From Oopsacas minuta (lineage: Eukaryota > Animalia > Porifera): a DNA stretch of 64,000 nucleotides. The position numbers were made by a program, and so were the translations under genes. Below the pieces are notes generated by a model that did not search any database, was not told the origin of the DNA, and saw only the letters and a program-made list of their open reading frames with translations. The stretch covers positions 806,001 through 870,000 of the forward strand of contig JAKMXF010000222.1 of NCBI GenBank assembly GCA_024704765.1, read 5' to 3'. Below, piece after piece: positions 39,701 through 53,930 of the stretch (position 1 is the first letter of the stretch; each line of letters begins with the position of its first letter).

Positions 39701-40661
39701 CAGAGGTTCATACATTATCTTTAAGTTCTATGAATTAGTAAAAGTGAATATATAATGTAGCAATTAAACAAAGGTATGGGGAATTCACAGTCAACTAGTC
39801 ATTCTACAAACCACAACCGATTAGTCTAAAATGGAGCGTGGAAAGATGTTAGTAATTCAAAACATCTCTGTGAAAGTTTTGTCTGAATCGGTCAAATTTC
39901 TTTCGAGTTATGACGTCACAATATTAGATATTTGCAATCCGAGATGAAATTTCTAAAAATCCAAAAGTGCCAATCTGACTTTAAAGTATAAAACATGCAA
40001 AGACTGGTTATGATTCCGCAAAAAATTCACAATACGATGAACTAGTGAGTGGAAATTCATAGATTTTGTTTTGAACGGATACAATTTATGAAAACTGGAA
40101 CTGAAAGTGATAACACAAGCCAAACTGAAACTATGACATAGCACTCTGGGATATTTTGGAGCTTAATTTTTTGGCGTTGTAACGTTAGTGACCTTATTAG
40201 GCCTCAAATTGAGAAAATCGAGAAAATCAGCAACTGACAATAGAGATACAATTTATTATCAGTACATAATAAATCAACCATAAGGAACCTAATTAATAAC
40301 TTATACCATTTATATGGCTCCACATTTAGACATTATTACGTCTTCACCAGAAATCACACTTGAATATCTAGCTTCCATGTAGATTCGACACATACTCATA
40401 TAATGCATCAATCAGTGAATATTGATCCGAATTGGTACCAGGGACCCTAGAGGCAGGTTTATAAGGAATATAGGGTGTAAATATTCTGGTTCCATTTGTT
40501 GTAACTAAAGTTTCACAACACTCCTCCAGCAGTCTGATAACATTAATGTTGTTGCTTTGGGAACATTTTTGTGTCATATTTCATATCTCTGTGGTTGAAC
40601 GATGATTGCTGATTGGAGAGAGCTTAGATGTAAAACTCATTCCACATAGTGGAAATTTATA

Positions 40662-41390
40662 CTAGGGCGTTCAATAATTCTTGCGGGTGATATTATAGAA
40701 TATGATACAAACACTATACACACTAATTCACTATATTATTTATTCAAAGTAATCCCCTCCTGCAGATACACAAAGTTTTAACCTTTCCACCCACTTGTAA
40801 AACACATTTCTGTACTCTTCTTCGGGGATGGATTTGAAGTATTGGTACATGCCCGTTCCGAGTGCTTGTAATGTGTTAAAATCTTTGACTTGAAGGTAGA
40901 TTTTAAGCTTGGGGAATAGCCAAAAATCACACGGAGCTAGGTCTGGTGAGTATGATGGATGGGGAAGTAATTCTAACCCTTCTACATCCAAGAAATTTTT
41001 GGTGAGCTTAGCTGTATGGGAACTGGGGTTATCAATTAAAATCTTAGTTCCTCGAGTTCCGGTTTTCGGGCGGTACTTTTCTATATTTTTTATCAAATTT
41101 GGCAGCATTTGCTCTGTAAAGAAAGTAGCAATAACATCCTTGCCACTCTCACAAGGTAATTGCAAGACAATTCCATGACTACTGAAGATGGGATACATAA
41201 TCTTAGGTTTTTTGAAGTCGGGCCTAGGAATTTTCGCCAGTTGTTCGTCGCCCCTCACCCATGATCGCTTCTTATACTTGCTATATGGTATTGAATAGTA
41301 CACCCACCTGACAATATATTTTATACGTCTATCTCGATTTGAAGATGCTGATTTTCCCTATTTTCCTTTGCATTCATAGAAGTTTAACGT
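40662..41390 (-). mobile_element. 5'-truncated mariner remnant
   Basis: End TA|CTAGGGCGTTCAATAA resembles the TIR of the 13463 element. ORF 40740-41303 has DNPSSH and YSPDLAPCDFWLF. The first catalytic motif (GDETW) is deleted. Confidence 0.85.
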
Positions 41391-42034
41391 CAGATGGCGA
41401 CTTTTTGATTTTAGGAAAGTTCATCTTGGAGTGCAAAAAATAAAATATGTGTGACCTCATAACTCGAAAGATTTTTGACCGATTCATACAAACTATCACT
41501 ACTGTTTTGACTTGTTGATATCTTGCTACACACAAACTTTAGTGAAATAGGTAGAGGTTGGTAAATAATTGGATGATATGGAATTCTCCTTAAATGAGAA
41601 CAGATTTCGAAAGGATTGGTTTCATACCCGAAATAATCGTATAACCGGCATTCATATAAGCGATACCCATCGTACTTACATTTATAAACAAGTTAGTGGG
41701 ACAATTCTGAATATATCTCTAGTAAAGAATGAATGTATTAAATTAAAGCAATGCTATAGGCCACAAATAATTCCCTTATCACGTTAGCTTTGTTGAATCT
41801 CGAAAATCCTGGATCAGCAACGATGCAGGTAAAGTAGGTGTGACTAAAGCCACACCTGGTAACACCCTAGATACCTCAGTGCAATGTAAATATAAATTGG
41901 ATATAATAAGTCTTGAAATTACGATCTCGCTAGTCCGAATTACGCAGACGGGATTAGGGGAAAGCAGGTGGTAGTTGATCACAGGTTAAAATGAATGTAT
42001 TATACGCTGTTCGTTCCGAAGAAAGTACGTGGTA

Positions 42035-43335
42035 CCGAGTGTTCAACAAGTTCGAGTAAACTATACAAAGCACTTACAGTAGAGCTAATTTAACGTAACC
42101 ACACATATACCTAGTGAATCCATACTTCCTAACCAAATTTCAGGATTATAAGTACTATACTCGATTTTTTGTAGCCAATTTATAGTCTTCACTTTCAATA
42201 TTTTAATATTATGGAAAATTTGAATAAGAGAGATTTCCGTGCCATCATTTTCTACAATTTCAAACGTGGATTAAACGTTGCGGATTGCAGTTGTGAGATG
42301 TTTTCTATCTTTGGGGATCAAAGTCCAACCCAATCCAAAATCTACAAGTGGTATCGTCAATTCCGTTTACGCCACACATCCCTTGACGATGAGTCACGTT
42401 CAGGACGTCCAATTACGGCGGTCACCGAGGAGAATATCGACAAAGTATCGAAGCTAGTAACTGAGGATAGGCAAATCACTGTCAGACAGTTAGCTTTCGA
42501 GGTTACGGTCTCATCGGGGACAATAGAAACCATCTTACACCAACACCTTGGGCTAAAGAGGGTTTGTTCTAAGTTTGGCCCCCCATTTATTAAATTTTGA
42601 GCAAAAAAATCGTCGACTAGAATTTTGTCGTTTTATATTGCTAAAGTATTCCAAAAAAGATTCGTGACGCTGGTCAGAAGTCATAACTGGTGACGAGACA
42701 TGGATCTATTATTACGACATTCAATCAAAGCAGCAGAGCTCAAAATGGATCTTTGAAGACGAGCAACTGGACACAATTCCTAAGTAAACCAGGGCGGTCG
42801 GCAAGCGAATGTTTGCTGTTTTCTTCTCTACAAGAGGGATAATAGAATATGTGATGTTTGCTGAGAAGCACACTGTTACTGCAACTTGGTACACTGAAAA
42901 TTGTCTTCCGCAAGTGTTCCAAACTGTCGAGAGGGTTGCGTCCAAAGACTGGTCTTCGCGGAATGAAATTCCACCATGACAATGCTCCAGCTCACTGCAC
43001 GAAAAACTAAGGACTATATCAAACAATCGGAGCTAGAATTGATCGATCATCCACCCTATAGCCCAGATCTAGCCCTGTGGCTTCTGGTTGTTTCCTATTA
43101 TAAAACGCGATCTAAAAGGTAGACGTTTTGATTCGGAAACAGAGCTGAGCGCCGCATTTTTGGATGCAATTGACCTCATACAAGAAAGTCGCTACACAAG
43201 ACTATTTGACATGTGGTTAGAACGGTGTCAAAGGTGTATTGATGCTAATGGGGAGTATTTCGAACATTTGAAATAGTATTTTTATATCTATCTGTACCGT
43301 AAGCATACTTTTACTCGAACTTATTGAACTCTCGG
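42035..43335 (+). mobile_element. Full-length decayed mariner
   Basis: 26-bp TIRs (24/26) CCGAGTGTTCAACAAGTTCGAGTAAA with TA TSD. VITGDETW, HHDNAPAH and HPPYSPDL in broken frames between 42211 and 43276. Confidence 0.9.
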
Positions 43336-44273
43336 TAAAAGGCTGTTTTGAAGTATAAACCATGGAAAATCGTGAAAGTTAAGGTTCACTATCCTATTTT
43401 TAGAAGAAGAAATTTCCGGGAGGAGGTAGGAATGTGACACCTATAATGGGGAATGAGATGATCCAAATATATAGTCAGACACCGATTTCGCTAGATGTAT
43501 TTCAAAGTGGTATAATATGTCAGATCCACAGAAGGTGACATATAGGATGTTTGGTGTTTTAAATCAGTATGTGAAGATGGGTAATTGCTCCGAACTCTAA
43601 GTCTTTCCATAGTATACTGTGGGAAATAGATGAATAAATTAAATAATGAATGGAATCTAATATGTAGAGCAACATCAAGATACTATTTGATAAGTGTACG
43701 TGGCCATAACCTTCAAGATATTCTTGATCTGGAAGGTATCAGTCAAGAAGGATTTATTTAATGGGTTGCTGTAATGAGCATGAACAAAGATCAAAATAAT
43801 ATTGCATCTAACTGTTCCTAATTTTGGTATTTCAGGTAATAAAATTTCGCACAATCGCAAATTTTGCGACCAGAAAAACTAAAGTTTTACAATGTTCAAC
43901 AGCTTTACAATATTCAGAACATAGCTTTCTTATGAGCTTGCTATTTCATAATCTATGAGCCGGTCTGTGCAAAATCGTTTGAATATCTCACCAATAAGGA
44001 ATACAAGAAAAACAACAAGATGTTCCTATTGGTTTTGTGGATGATATGTAAATTTTGATTTTGTTTGTAAGTGCCTCATTTCTAGAGGCTATAGTAAGCG
44101 GAATTCTCCAAGTTTATATACCGGAGAGTTAATTACGTAGGTTCTAACCGAGGGTACGTCATAACGGAGGTGTATTTACATAGAATCCTATGTAATCTGA
44201 AAATTTTGGTTCAGAAAATTTAGCACGTTATATGTCGAAACGATATAACCTGGTTCTACCGTCTGAAACTCAC

Positions 44274-44328
44274 TTAATACTTTATCCATCTTGTTGGGAT
44301 TAAACTTTTCTTCACGTTTGAATTTATT
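44274..44328 (-). CDS. BDP1: TFIIIB B'' (BDP1) internal exon: NKFKREEKFNPNKMDKVL
   Basis: Acceptor ATTTTTAG|AAT (phase 0) and donor A|GTGAGT. The peptide continues the exon at 61395-61492 and matches human BDP1 NKFKREEKTNGWRIDKAF. Confidence 0.85.
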
Positions 44329-44743
44329 CTAAAAATATGAGATAGTTTAATTAGTGTACTTCAATAAAACAACTATCAAATCATTGATTTTAATATATAT
44401 TCGAGTACAAAATCAATGAATAAAAACATAGAAATTGTATGCTATTATTAAGATAAGTCCAGTATAGGAATCGATGGCATTGCGAATGTATACTAGCAAT
44501 TCACTTTCAGATCCACTGTTTCTAACAGAGATGGTCGGGTAAAAGAATGTCAAAATATAAGAAATACAAATTAATAAAATTTGGAATATCCTAATCTAAA
44601 TGAGACATGTTATACTAGGAATAGGGTAGAAACTAGACTATTTATACTGAAATAATATATGATCATCCGTGAACTACCACACATTTCACATCTGGAAAAT
44701 ATTCTAGGTTCGAAGAGACGTCGTCTTATCGCCTAATATGATA

Positions 44744-45952
44744 GCACTCGAAAGGTTTTGTTGTTTGTTATCAAACCACAAAAACTTTCTAATAAGTATA
44801 TTTATATTTATTTAGACCCATATTGTTTACCTACAAAACAAATTTCATCCGTTTATCTTTTATACTTTTCGAATTGCTTGATTTCTAAAGATCTGGTTTG
44901 TATGGTTGCTCAACCAGAATCTGACCTCATAACACGCGATTTTAGAGCGATGACTTTAATTTGGTTCAAACTTGGTAAGAGCCGTTTGAAAATACACGAA
45001 ACTTTACAGAAGCACTTTCCTAATATAGTTCCTTGTTTGAGTACAGTAGGGCGATGGTAGTCAGAGTTTATTCATGGAAATTGTATTCTTGAAGATGGTC
45101 CCCGTCCTGGTAGGCCCAGTATTGCACACACGGTCAAAAGGTCCAGCTAGTGTTGGACGAAGGAACAAAAGACCCTTATGTTACTTACGCTCAGTTAAAA
45201 CAACGAAACTAAATTGTCATCGGGGAGTATAAATGTCATCTTACATAAAGAGCTCGGTCTTAGAAAGTTATGTGCACGTTGGATCCCACATTCTTTGTCA
45301 TCCGATCAGAAAAAGTGCCGAGTGGACTTTGCAATATTATGCTTAAACGATTTGCTAACGAACTTCTAGAGCTGTTTCTGAAATACTCACAGGCGATGAG
45401 ACATGGATACACCACTATGACCTAGGAACGAAGAGACAATCTAAGGAGTGGGTCGAAGAAGGTGGTTTACCTTCAACAAAGGCCCGGAGGATTAGATCAG
45501 TCGGAAAGCAGATGTGGGCGATTTTCTTTAGACGTAGTGGGTTTGTTGAAGGAATTGCACTTGAGGATAGGAAGACAGTTACCGCTGATTGGTATACCAA
45601 AATATGTCTTCCGAAAGTATTCAGTGCTATCGAAAAACAACATGAGAAGTCAGATGTCCGAGGAATCCAGCTTCACCACGATAATGCTTCATCACATCAG
45701 AACTAAGAAATCGTGAGTTTTTAGAGAATCGTAGGATCGGAACGCTACCCCACCCACCCTACAGTCCAGATCTAGCCCCTTGCGATTTTTGGTTATTTAA
45801 AGAAGAATGAAAAATGTGCTTTAATATCTGGTTTAAACGCATGAAGAGGTGTATAGAGTGTCAGGGCGAGTATTTTGAAAAAACGTGACCATATAATATG
45901 TAATACCTATTATATAAGTATATAAACAACAAAAATTTTCGAGTGCCCCTCG
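44744..45952 (+). mobile_element. Decayed mariner with truncated left TIR
   Basis: Right end TTTTCGAGTGCCCCTCG|TA; left remnant GCACTCGAAA. LTGDETWIH, HHDNASSH and HPPYSPDLAPCDFWLF present, with stops and a C-terminal deletion. Confidence 0.85.
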
Positions 45953-48099
45953 TAAGCTGATGTGTTGGGAAAATACTCCAACTTTGAAACACTATATAAT
46001 AAGCAAAATATTGATCTCTGAATTTAACGTTCAAATATGAATTGTTCGAAATATATTTGTATGCAAAATATCAAAGAATTGTCATGATAAAGTTGGCTAG
46101 TTCTTGGGTTACAGCTAAGACGATGGATTGCACTTGGATGTGAATGTTCACGTATAACTCGATAATCGTTACAATTATTGTCAAATAAAGATAGCATATG
46201 TATTATACCTTCCCAACTTTCCATGCCCTGATAATACATTTTGAGATGATATCCTGAAGATTATTACACAATCTTGAAAATGACCGTTTTAAGGCATATT
46301 CAGGACTACGTCACAATGGTAAGAGATATCATATCATGATATACTATCAGAATATGGGTAGTAGGGCATGTAATATAGATTGACTATCTTGATGTGACCC
46401 TAATTGTAACGTTTATTGAGCAAAAAGTGAATATTGACAAACAAGTGTAATCCATGGTCTCAGCTGCAATTTAAGAACTATAAACTTTATCACGACCATT
46501 TTTTGATATTTTGTATAAAAAATTTCGAAAATCTTGTAATTGAACTATGAAATCAAAGATCAATATTTTAGTGTATCAAAGTAAGTTATTTTTCTAAACA
46601 TATCAGCCTAATAGGCGACCACATGAGGTCTTTCGGACTTGAAATGTTTTCTAGATGTAGAATGTGTGATTTATTACATGATATTTGTGAAATTGATGAT
46701 AACTTTAGTATATTTGCTAATATCATGAGTTATTTGAACTTCGAATAAACTACAATGCACCTCTTTATTATCCCTGTTCGAGATAATAATTGTAATTTAC
46801 AGTGATTGTGTTACCGTGACTTAGGTAATATAAGGGCTAGACGCAGTAATGAAAATTTGGACATTGGATGCGTCAAAAGGGTAACACAGTAGAGTCTCAA
46901 TATTACAAACACAGTTAAGGGTTAAGTATACCCTAGAGCACTCATACAGGTTCCAGTGGCCCGATCATTTCGAAATTTTAACTCCGAATTTGGACCACTG
47001 TGTTGATTCCAAAAATGCTTTAAAACTTGGGCACATGATTATTGTGAAAAAGTTTCAAACTTCCAATAGCCAATTTCTCAGAAAAGTCTTTGAGAAATTT
47101 GCAATTCTATATTTCCCAAATTGTGTTTGGAACATGTTGCAGGACCACACAAAGGAAAATTGACTGGATTAGAATTCATTTTAGAGCATAAAACAATATT
47201 TTGGGAAATTTATATGGGATGTTGGTTTTTATGAGAGATCAAAATATACAAATATTTCAAAACAATCTAAGTAGTATACATGGAAAAGCACGCCAACATT
47301 TTTTCATATGACCCGAGATCTATCGGAAACCATTGAGCTTTTGAATTTAGCTCGTATACAGGAAATATTATGCTATTTGACCTGGAAAAATTTCGCTAAA
47401 TACATATTCTGAGATAATAGAAGAATAAGAAAGCGCACTTGTTCCCCTACAAAAAATGTAATTCTTTCGAAAAATTATGGAGATTATATCTCATATAAAC
47501 ATGCATTGTCTACCATATAAATAACTACAGCGTATTGTTCAAACCTATCTGTATTCTTACGAAATATTATGGGTACATCATTTGGCGACAAATCTAATGT
47601 ACGGTTGGGTAAGGGGTTTGTAGGACGAAATCCCAAGTTTGTAGGAAAATATACAAGACAGAGTTCTAAAATTTGAATCACAAATTCGTACAATAGAGAA
47701 ATCCCAAAAATGTTATAACAACATTCAAGGTAATAATATAATTAAAACTAATAACACAATTGCAGAGAATACACAACAAGATAAGTATCACAATATAGCT
47801 AAAACTAAAAACTAATTAGCACATGAACATACTAAAACTAAATATGCTAATGAATAAAAATATATAGTTTAGTGAATATAGAGGGACCTATTTAAGAACT
47901 TAAACATCTAGGGCATATCCATATAACTTCTGCAGCGAAATTACTAACAACTATACCGCAATTTGTAAGAAAAAACATGGAACCAACTACTACCAACATC
48001 GAATAATACCCAATTTAGTAATATTTGAAATACCCTTACCACGACCCAAAACACCACTATCCCCATCCTACCACACAATACACATAACTCAACTTTAGA

Positions 48100-49900
48100 A
48101 ACTGTACCAGAAAACGCACAACTCATATATGTACTACCTATTTTCTTCCTCCTTCGTTTGGCTTGCTTTGTCGAATATCTCATCTATATTTAATCATTCT
48201 CAAAGTAGTATTCTTGATTATATACACGGTCATTATCCAAAGAATTACACAAATGGATAAAATTTTCACAAGATTCTATATCTAGCTCTTTGACCAGTTC
48301 CAAAATACCTGCAAAACTATCATTGTATTTTATGACTGCGAGACTTGCTCCGAAATCCATCAGGTCTAAGTCGATTCCATGAGTATTGTTAATGGAGTTC
48401 CAAATTATATTATGTAGGCTTTCATTCAAATTTGATGTCCTACCCCCTTTACTTTCTCCAAAAATTCAACTGAAAAATATGGGGTCAGGAGAGCTAAGAC
48501 TCGTTCCTTAGAATCTTTGGAAAGAGCTCTTGGATGAGTAGGGATAGGGCCCCCCAAGGAAACAGCCTTTGAAACCTACACCAAGAGTTCTTTCCATTAA
48601 GACAATACTGATGCATTTCGGGGCCATTGTCGTCTGTCGTAGAGAGATGGTATGTAATGGCCAAAAGTGAGTTTCGCAAGTCGGCAAAACTCATATTTGG
48701 GTTAGATTTTATGGTATGGCCACACAATGAAGTGATCGTATCAATCAAAGTGTCAGGAAGTATCTCAATTAGGTTTAAACCGTCAAAGTCAACACCGTCC
48801 CATTTTTCCCTAACTAATGTGGAATCTCGTATGGTCTGATGCCTATATTTATTCCAAATAATTCTTTTCTGTGCATCTGCTTTTGCTGATACCAACTCAT
48901 GTTGTATCATAGTATTGTTTGCAGTACTACATTCTTCTGCTACTCAACCAGATGCAATCTTATCCTCTTTTGTACATGGCTGAGGCGCTCTTCACGAGTT
49001 ACTACCACCTCTTTCTCAGCATATACAACTTGTACTACAAGTACATTTACGCTTTTGTCATCGCCATCAGCCACCACTGTAGAATATATTTACCCTTGGT
49101 CAAGAGACTTCCTAACAATTACACGTGCTAACTTTGACTCCAAGGCGACCGAGTTAAAATCACTAAAATCTTTAGCTTGAGATACTTCTTTGTGATTTTC
49201 ATGCCATTTATGATACTGTTCCACCGACATACGCTTATACTTCAACGCTTGTTGCTTCTCAACACAATAACTACATCCGTTACAAGCAATCTCGATACTG
49301 AGCACTTCGCCAGTCTCTATGGAATGGTTGCCGAAAAAGTACGGTACAAACCCTCCCCCGCCCTTGTCAGTTCTCTTCTGGTAAGTTCTATCATAAGAGA
49401 CGGATACATTGAAAAATTTACCCATAGTGGCACCTTTTAGATTTCGAAATTTTTCTGTTGCATAGTTACAGCTACGGACAGCCATTTCCATAGAAACCTT
49501 TGAGGGGAATAGAAAGCTCGATTACAAAGTGTCAATGGCAAGTATAATAATGGAATTTATGATATCCAGCCCACTTTTACCAATACCGTCTAGTTGTCAA
49601 CCAAGAATCTGTAGTACATTATGGGCAAACATTATTCTATTGTCGCTCTCACTGGAATTGGACCTAGGTAGAGTATAGAAACGGGAAGCATGTCGACAGT
49701 GAGAGCATACAATAAAATAATGCTGGCAATGCCATTCACAAATGAAGAATGAAAATACGAACACAGTGAAGGAGTAACTCCGGATAAGGAGTACACTTTA
49801 TCACTCCCCTTCGATGCCTTTTGATGTAAATTAGCTCGGAAAAGTACGTACTCCGAATAAGGAGTACAAATTTTGGCAGTACCCTGGTGCACATATTAAC
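48100..49900 (-). mobile_element. Decayed Mutator-like transposase of the animal family with DGTWQKRG / GDGDS / HVQKR / NES motifs
   Basis: VSVSYDRTYQKR..ETGEVLSIEIACNGCSYC, YSTVVADGDDKS, LSHVQKRI, HLSTTDD..HQYCLNGKNSWCRFQ and MNESLHNIIW, in the expected order. Frameshifts; termini not found. Confidence 0.75.
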
Positions 49901-50334
49901 GAGAGCATAAGTGTGTATTTTTATTATAACAATTTCAATTAACCATACTTAGGTATGATGTGTCATTCAAATCTAGTTATAAAATCAAGCAATTTACTAC
50001 GAGAACAGCTATTGTTTGAAGTAATATTCAGATTTAAACTCGTGCATAGCCTACTATGCATAAGGCCTATTCTTACAATATCCAGGATAACAGGAAGTCG
50101 GTTATATTATAGACTAATAATAAAATTTATACAGATTTCAATACCTCAGGAACAAGTTAAACTCATCGAGAAGTAATACCATCTATTCCTCAGTTACTCA
50201 AATATTGATATTTCGTGGATAACATCATTTTTCTATATTTAATTGGTTTTTCTTTTCGCAAATTAGCCCAATACAAGACACGTTTTGGCATACGTGTGCC
50301 GAAATTTTGATCTGCACCCTGAAGTCAAACCGGT

Positions 50335-50950
50335 TACTATAATGATCATAGCTGTATACCAGTGTTCCAGATGACATCTAACTCTTCAGATATTGAATAA
50401 AAGTGGAAATATTTTGCACATAGATAGTAAGCTCAAATTGTATAAATTACCTCTTGAAAATATTCTTAGGCAGGTCTCTAGGGATACATGTATTAGTTCA
50501 ATTCGTATGTATGCATTAGCCCAAAAATCTAAATCGGCATTAGCCCAGATATCAAAATCGGTATTAATCCAAATTTTTGGTGATCGAATGCATGTTCTCA
50601 GGGGAAGATTTCGTCGTGAGTAAATATATTCATATACTTTAGTTGTTTTGAAATTAAATACTCCCGGCAACTCATAGCCTGCTCCAGATCTAACTCGAAT
50701 CGAATCAAATACCACAATTTCTCAGCTTAAGCTAATCTAGCTAGATAATCCATGAAAATGCCAATCCTAGCACCTTCCAACATGAGTTATAAATACTCTC
50801 AGCAACTCACAGCCTGCTCCAGAGCCAACTCGCATACATCATCAAAGATTTGGACTAATGCCGATTTTGATATATGGACTAACGCAAACATACGAAATTT
50901 GGACTAATGCATACATACGAATTTGGACTGACGACGCGTCCCCTTGCTAG
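50335..50950 (+). repeat. Probable non-autonomous Helitron-like element with opposed motif arrays
   Basis: Ends GACGACGCGTC...CTAG|T at 50947-50951. Array TTTGGACTAATGC (about four copies, 50848-50930) and its complement GCATTAGCCCA (about three copies, 50510-50572). A ~40-bp direct repeat at ~50660 and ~50795. 5' end uncertain. Confidence 0.45.
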
Positions 50951-53194
50951 TTATGGGTTAGAGTAAATTATATATGTATATTCCTCTGTAAAGGGAAACT
51001 ATCTATAAAATTAGAGGGCCAAATGAGGTATTAATTTAGTCAGTACTACTGTGGATTCATATCCTTGTTTAATTCAAACTAGAGGGCTTCGCTTGTTAGT
51101 GCTGCTCGGCTCGGTTTGATGTTTATATTAAATAGATTAATGATATTAATTAGATCAATACTTTGATTGATCTACTGAAACCATAGTGTTGATAAAGTAG
51201 TTCTCGGTTAGTAATACTTAAAAGTTTTTGCGAATTTGTAATGTAAACGAATAATCATATATCAATGAATTTGTCTTGTGTGCTGCATCCGAACGAGAAC
51301 CAACGTTCTTTCTACTTGAAGTTCGTTTTTGTACTTATTTGTTAAGACCATTAGAAATAACTGGCTCAATGAGAAAGTCTTTAACTGTAGATATATTTTT
51401 CCAAACTTTGAAGATATCTTGCAATTAAATATCCCATGGGATTGCCACAGGTAACCTTCCAGGTAATGTATCTGAATTTAACTATTTAATTACAACATAT
51501 GAATATTCTCATTCATTTTTATATGTATTCAGGAATTGAGGCTACAATAAAATCTGAACAACCTTCTGTTGCTAAACTTGCATCGAGGAAAACTTGTGAA
51601 GCTTGTTGGCCTTCTACTGTAGAAAGGCAAAGTGTTACACTTTCACTCTGAACATTTGACTCTTCAAATGTTGTAGTTCATAATATCTACAGATTCAATA
51701 TTGAAAATATCACCAGATCCCAGAACGGTAACTTAATGGAAATAATAATTCGAGTATGGAAAATATTTAACGTTAGTACTCAATGAAAAGTAATCCATAA
51801 AACGATTCAGATATCTTACAGCTCAAGTGAATGATCCCAGATTTCAATATTTATCTTCGACAGTTCGTTGGGTAGTAGAGTAGACAGCATTAGGAGGTCA
51901 AGGTAAATTAACACCTTAAACTTCACGTACTTTCGACATTCTTGAATAACACTAAACTTGTCAAACCTGACAGAAGATATCGGATTTAGTCATGTAATCA
52001 GTTCATTTAACAGAATGACCCCATCGAGCATCTATCTAGGCTGTGCGTAGACAAGTGCTGGGTTCTAAGTATAATATATCACTTTGTCAAGTTCTTGAAA
52101 ACGAAAGAATCTTAAAAATATCCAATATGCTCTAACTCTCTAATCGTAAAGATGTAATCCGGAAGGACAGTGCTTCTTTTATGAAATTCCTCAATACCAT
52201 TACATCTTATAACATTCAGATTGTGGCGATGCTGTTGATCTACAAATATATTCTCAATATTCACTAATGAGTGTGCGGATCCAGAGTTGGAAACACGACA
52301 AACAGTGATATTTATCTCTGGTTTTGCAGGCTTCTCAGTGATGGAAAGTTCCAAAAACCTCTGAATTGTCAACAAATGTGTACTTTTCTTAACACATGAT
52401 AAATCTCTGAATTAGAGGAAGTTCCACATAATTTCTAATTGATTCAGCTCTGTGATCGTGGTGGATTAATATGGCTATTGAAAGCTGTATTATGGGTACT
52501 TATTACCCTTTGGAAAATATTTACCAATAGTAAACAGGACTCAACATGCTGGGCCACTTTTACTTCTAACTCTTGCTCAATAAAGTTCAACTGGATCAAT
52601 TAAAACTTTAATGTGAAGAGAATGATGATGTTGTGTATGGATGTTTCCAGTGTAATACACCTGGAAGAGAGAAGTTACGTAGTATATCGATGGCTGCAAG
52701 TAATTGCTTTCTTGATGATAAAGCAGAAAACATTAATTTATCAGTTACCAATACTAATTCAAAAGATCTTGAGAGGAAATCTTTGAAGTTTAGTTCAAAG
52801 TAATCATATTTTTTGTTAGTTATATAATTCTAACTAGAAGTTCTTCAATATGTTGCTGAATACATCGCTCTGTGGAGCTTGTTTTAATTATATATCAATG
52901 AATATCAATATATAGTTATATAATAATCAAGAAAAATCAATTCTATGTTGCTGGTTATTACGAGTGAGTAGACTTTGTGTATAGTAGGCTATACCTTCTC
53001 TCATGTCGTATGCTGGCATCTACATACCGGGACTGCGGACTCAATTAACAAATTGGTGAAATTTGGCATCGATTCCCAGACTTATTCAGGCTTACGACGA
53101 GTTTAACCGTTCCTTGTCTTGTCGGGCAATAGTTGCCTTCCTTTGGTCCATTGAATACTGGTCCTGTCGGACCTACTCCTACGACCCTGCGCAT

Positions 53195-53930
53195 AAAAGT
53201 ATTTCTGGAATTACAAGCCATATTTATATCACACTAGCATTATACAGATTAGTCAAACTATCGGAAATAACAAACCTAAAGCACAGTAAGAAACGCATAA
53301 GGTTGAGCATTTATCTACTTTACATCCTGTTTTAGTTTGGATGTTCCATTTTTTGAGTCTACATCGAAAAAGGTCAATTAAAAATATATGTATTTGGGGA
53401 CTTTCGTCTAAACTGTCTCACAACTGACTTAATATCCTGGATCACCAAGGATGGTATGTATTTCGTATAGATGATTGGAAAATATTGTTGAAGTAGCTAG
53501 CAGAGTAACTGTAAGTTATGAGCTATAGATGTATTACCAACACATGTAAACATGTTACCCAAGCATACATTTGCCTTGTCAAATTTGTGAGATGTCATCA
53601 TTTGATTGCGTAATAAACATCTGAAGATTTTGTCATATTTCCAGCATTCTCTTATTTCATGTTTTACAAAGGATAAATCTTGTATTAGTTTATAGAATTA
53701 TAAGGAGATATGACTACGTTTTAAAAATTACGAATTTTGTTGGAATTTTGATACATTACTACGTTGGTATGCAAAAGTATTTGAACAGAATATAGCATAT
53801 CTGGTCAAATATTTTAAATATTGATTTTATGGTTCAACATTTGGGACCAATGGATCCGCAATATGCGACTTCCTATTCATGAATAATACAGTTTAAATAC
53901 CTATCCCTAACGGTGAATAATTTATCGTAT
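53195..53930 (+). repeat. Left arm of a ~730-bp inverted repeat
   Basis: Anchors against the right arm: 53207-53236 vs 58613-58642 (28/30), 53638-53673 vs 58182-58217 (35/36), 53850-53888 vs 57970-58008 (37/39). Collinear, about 75-80% overall by eye. Confidence 0.85.

Noticed and set aside
43992-44088. Alternative next BDP1 exon (TSRNEALTNKIK...)
   Set aside because: Splice sites are plausible but the peptide is unrecognisable; needs transcript data.
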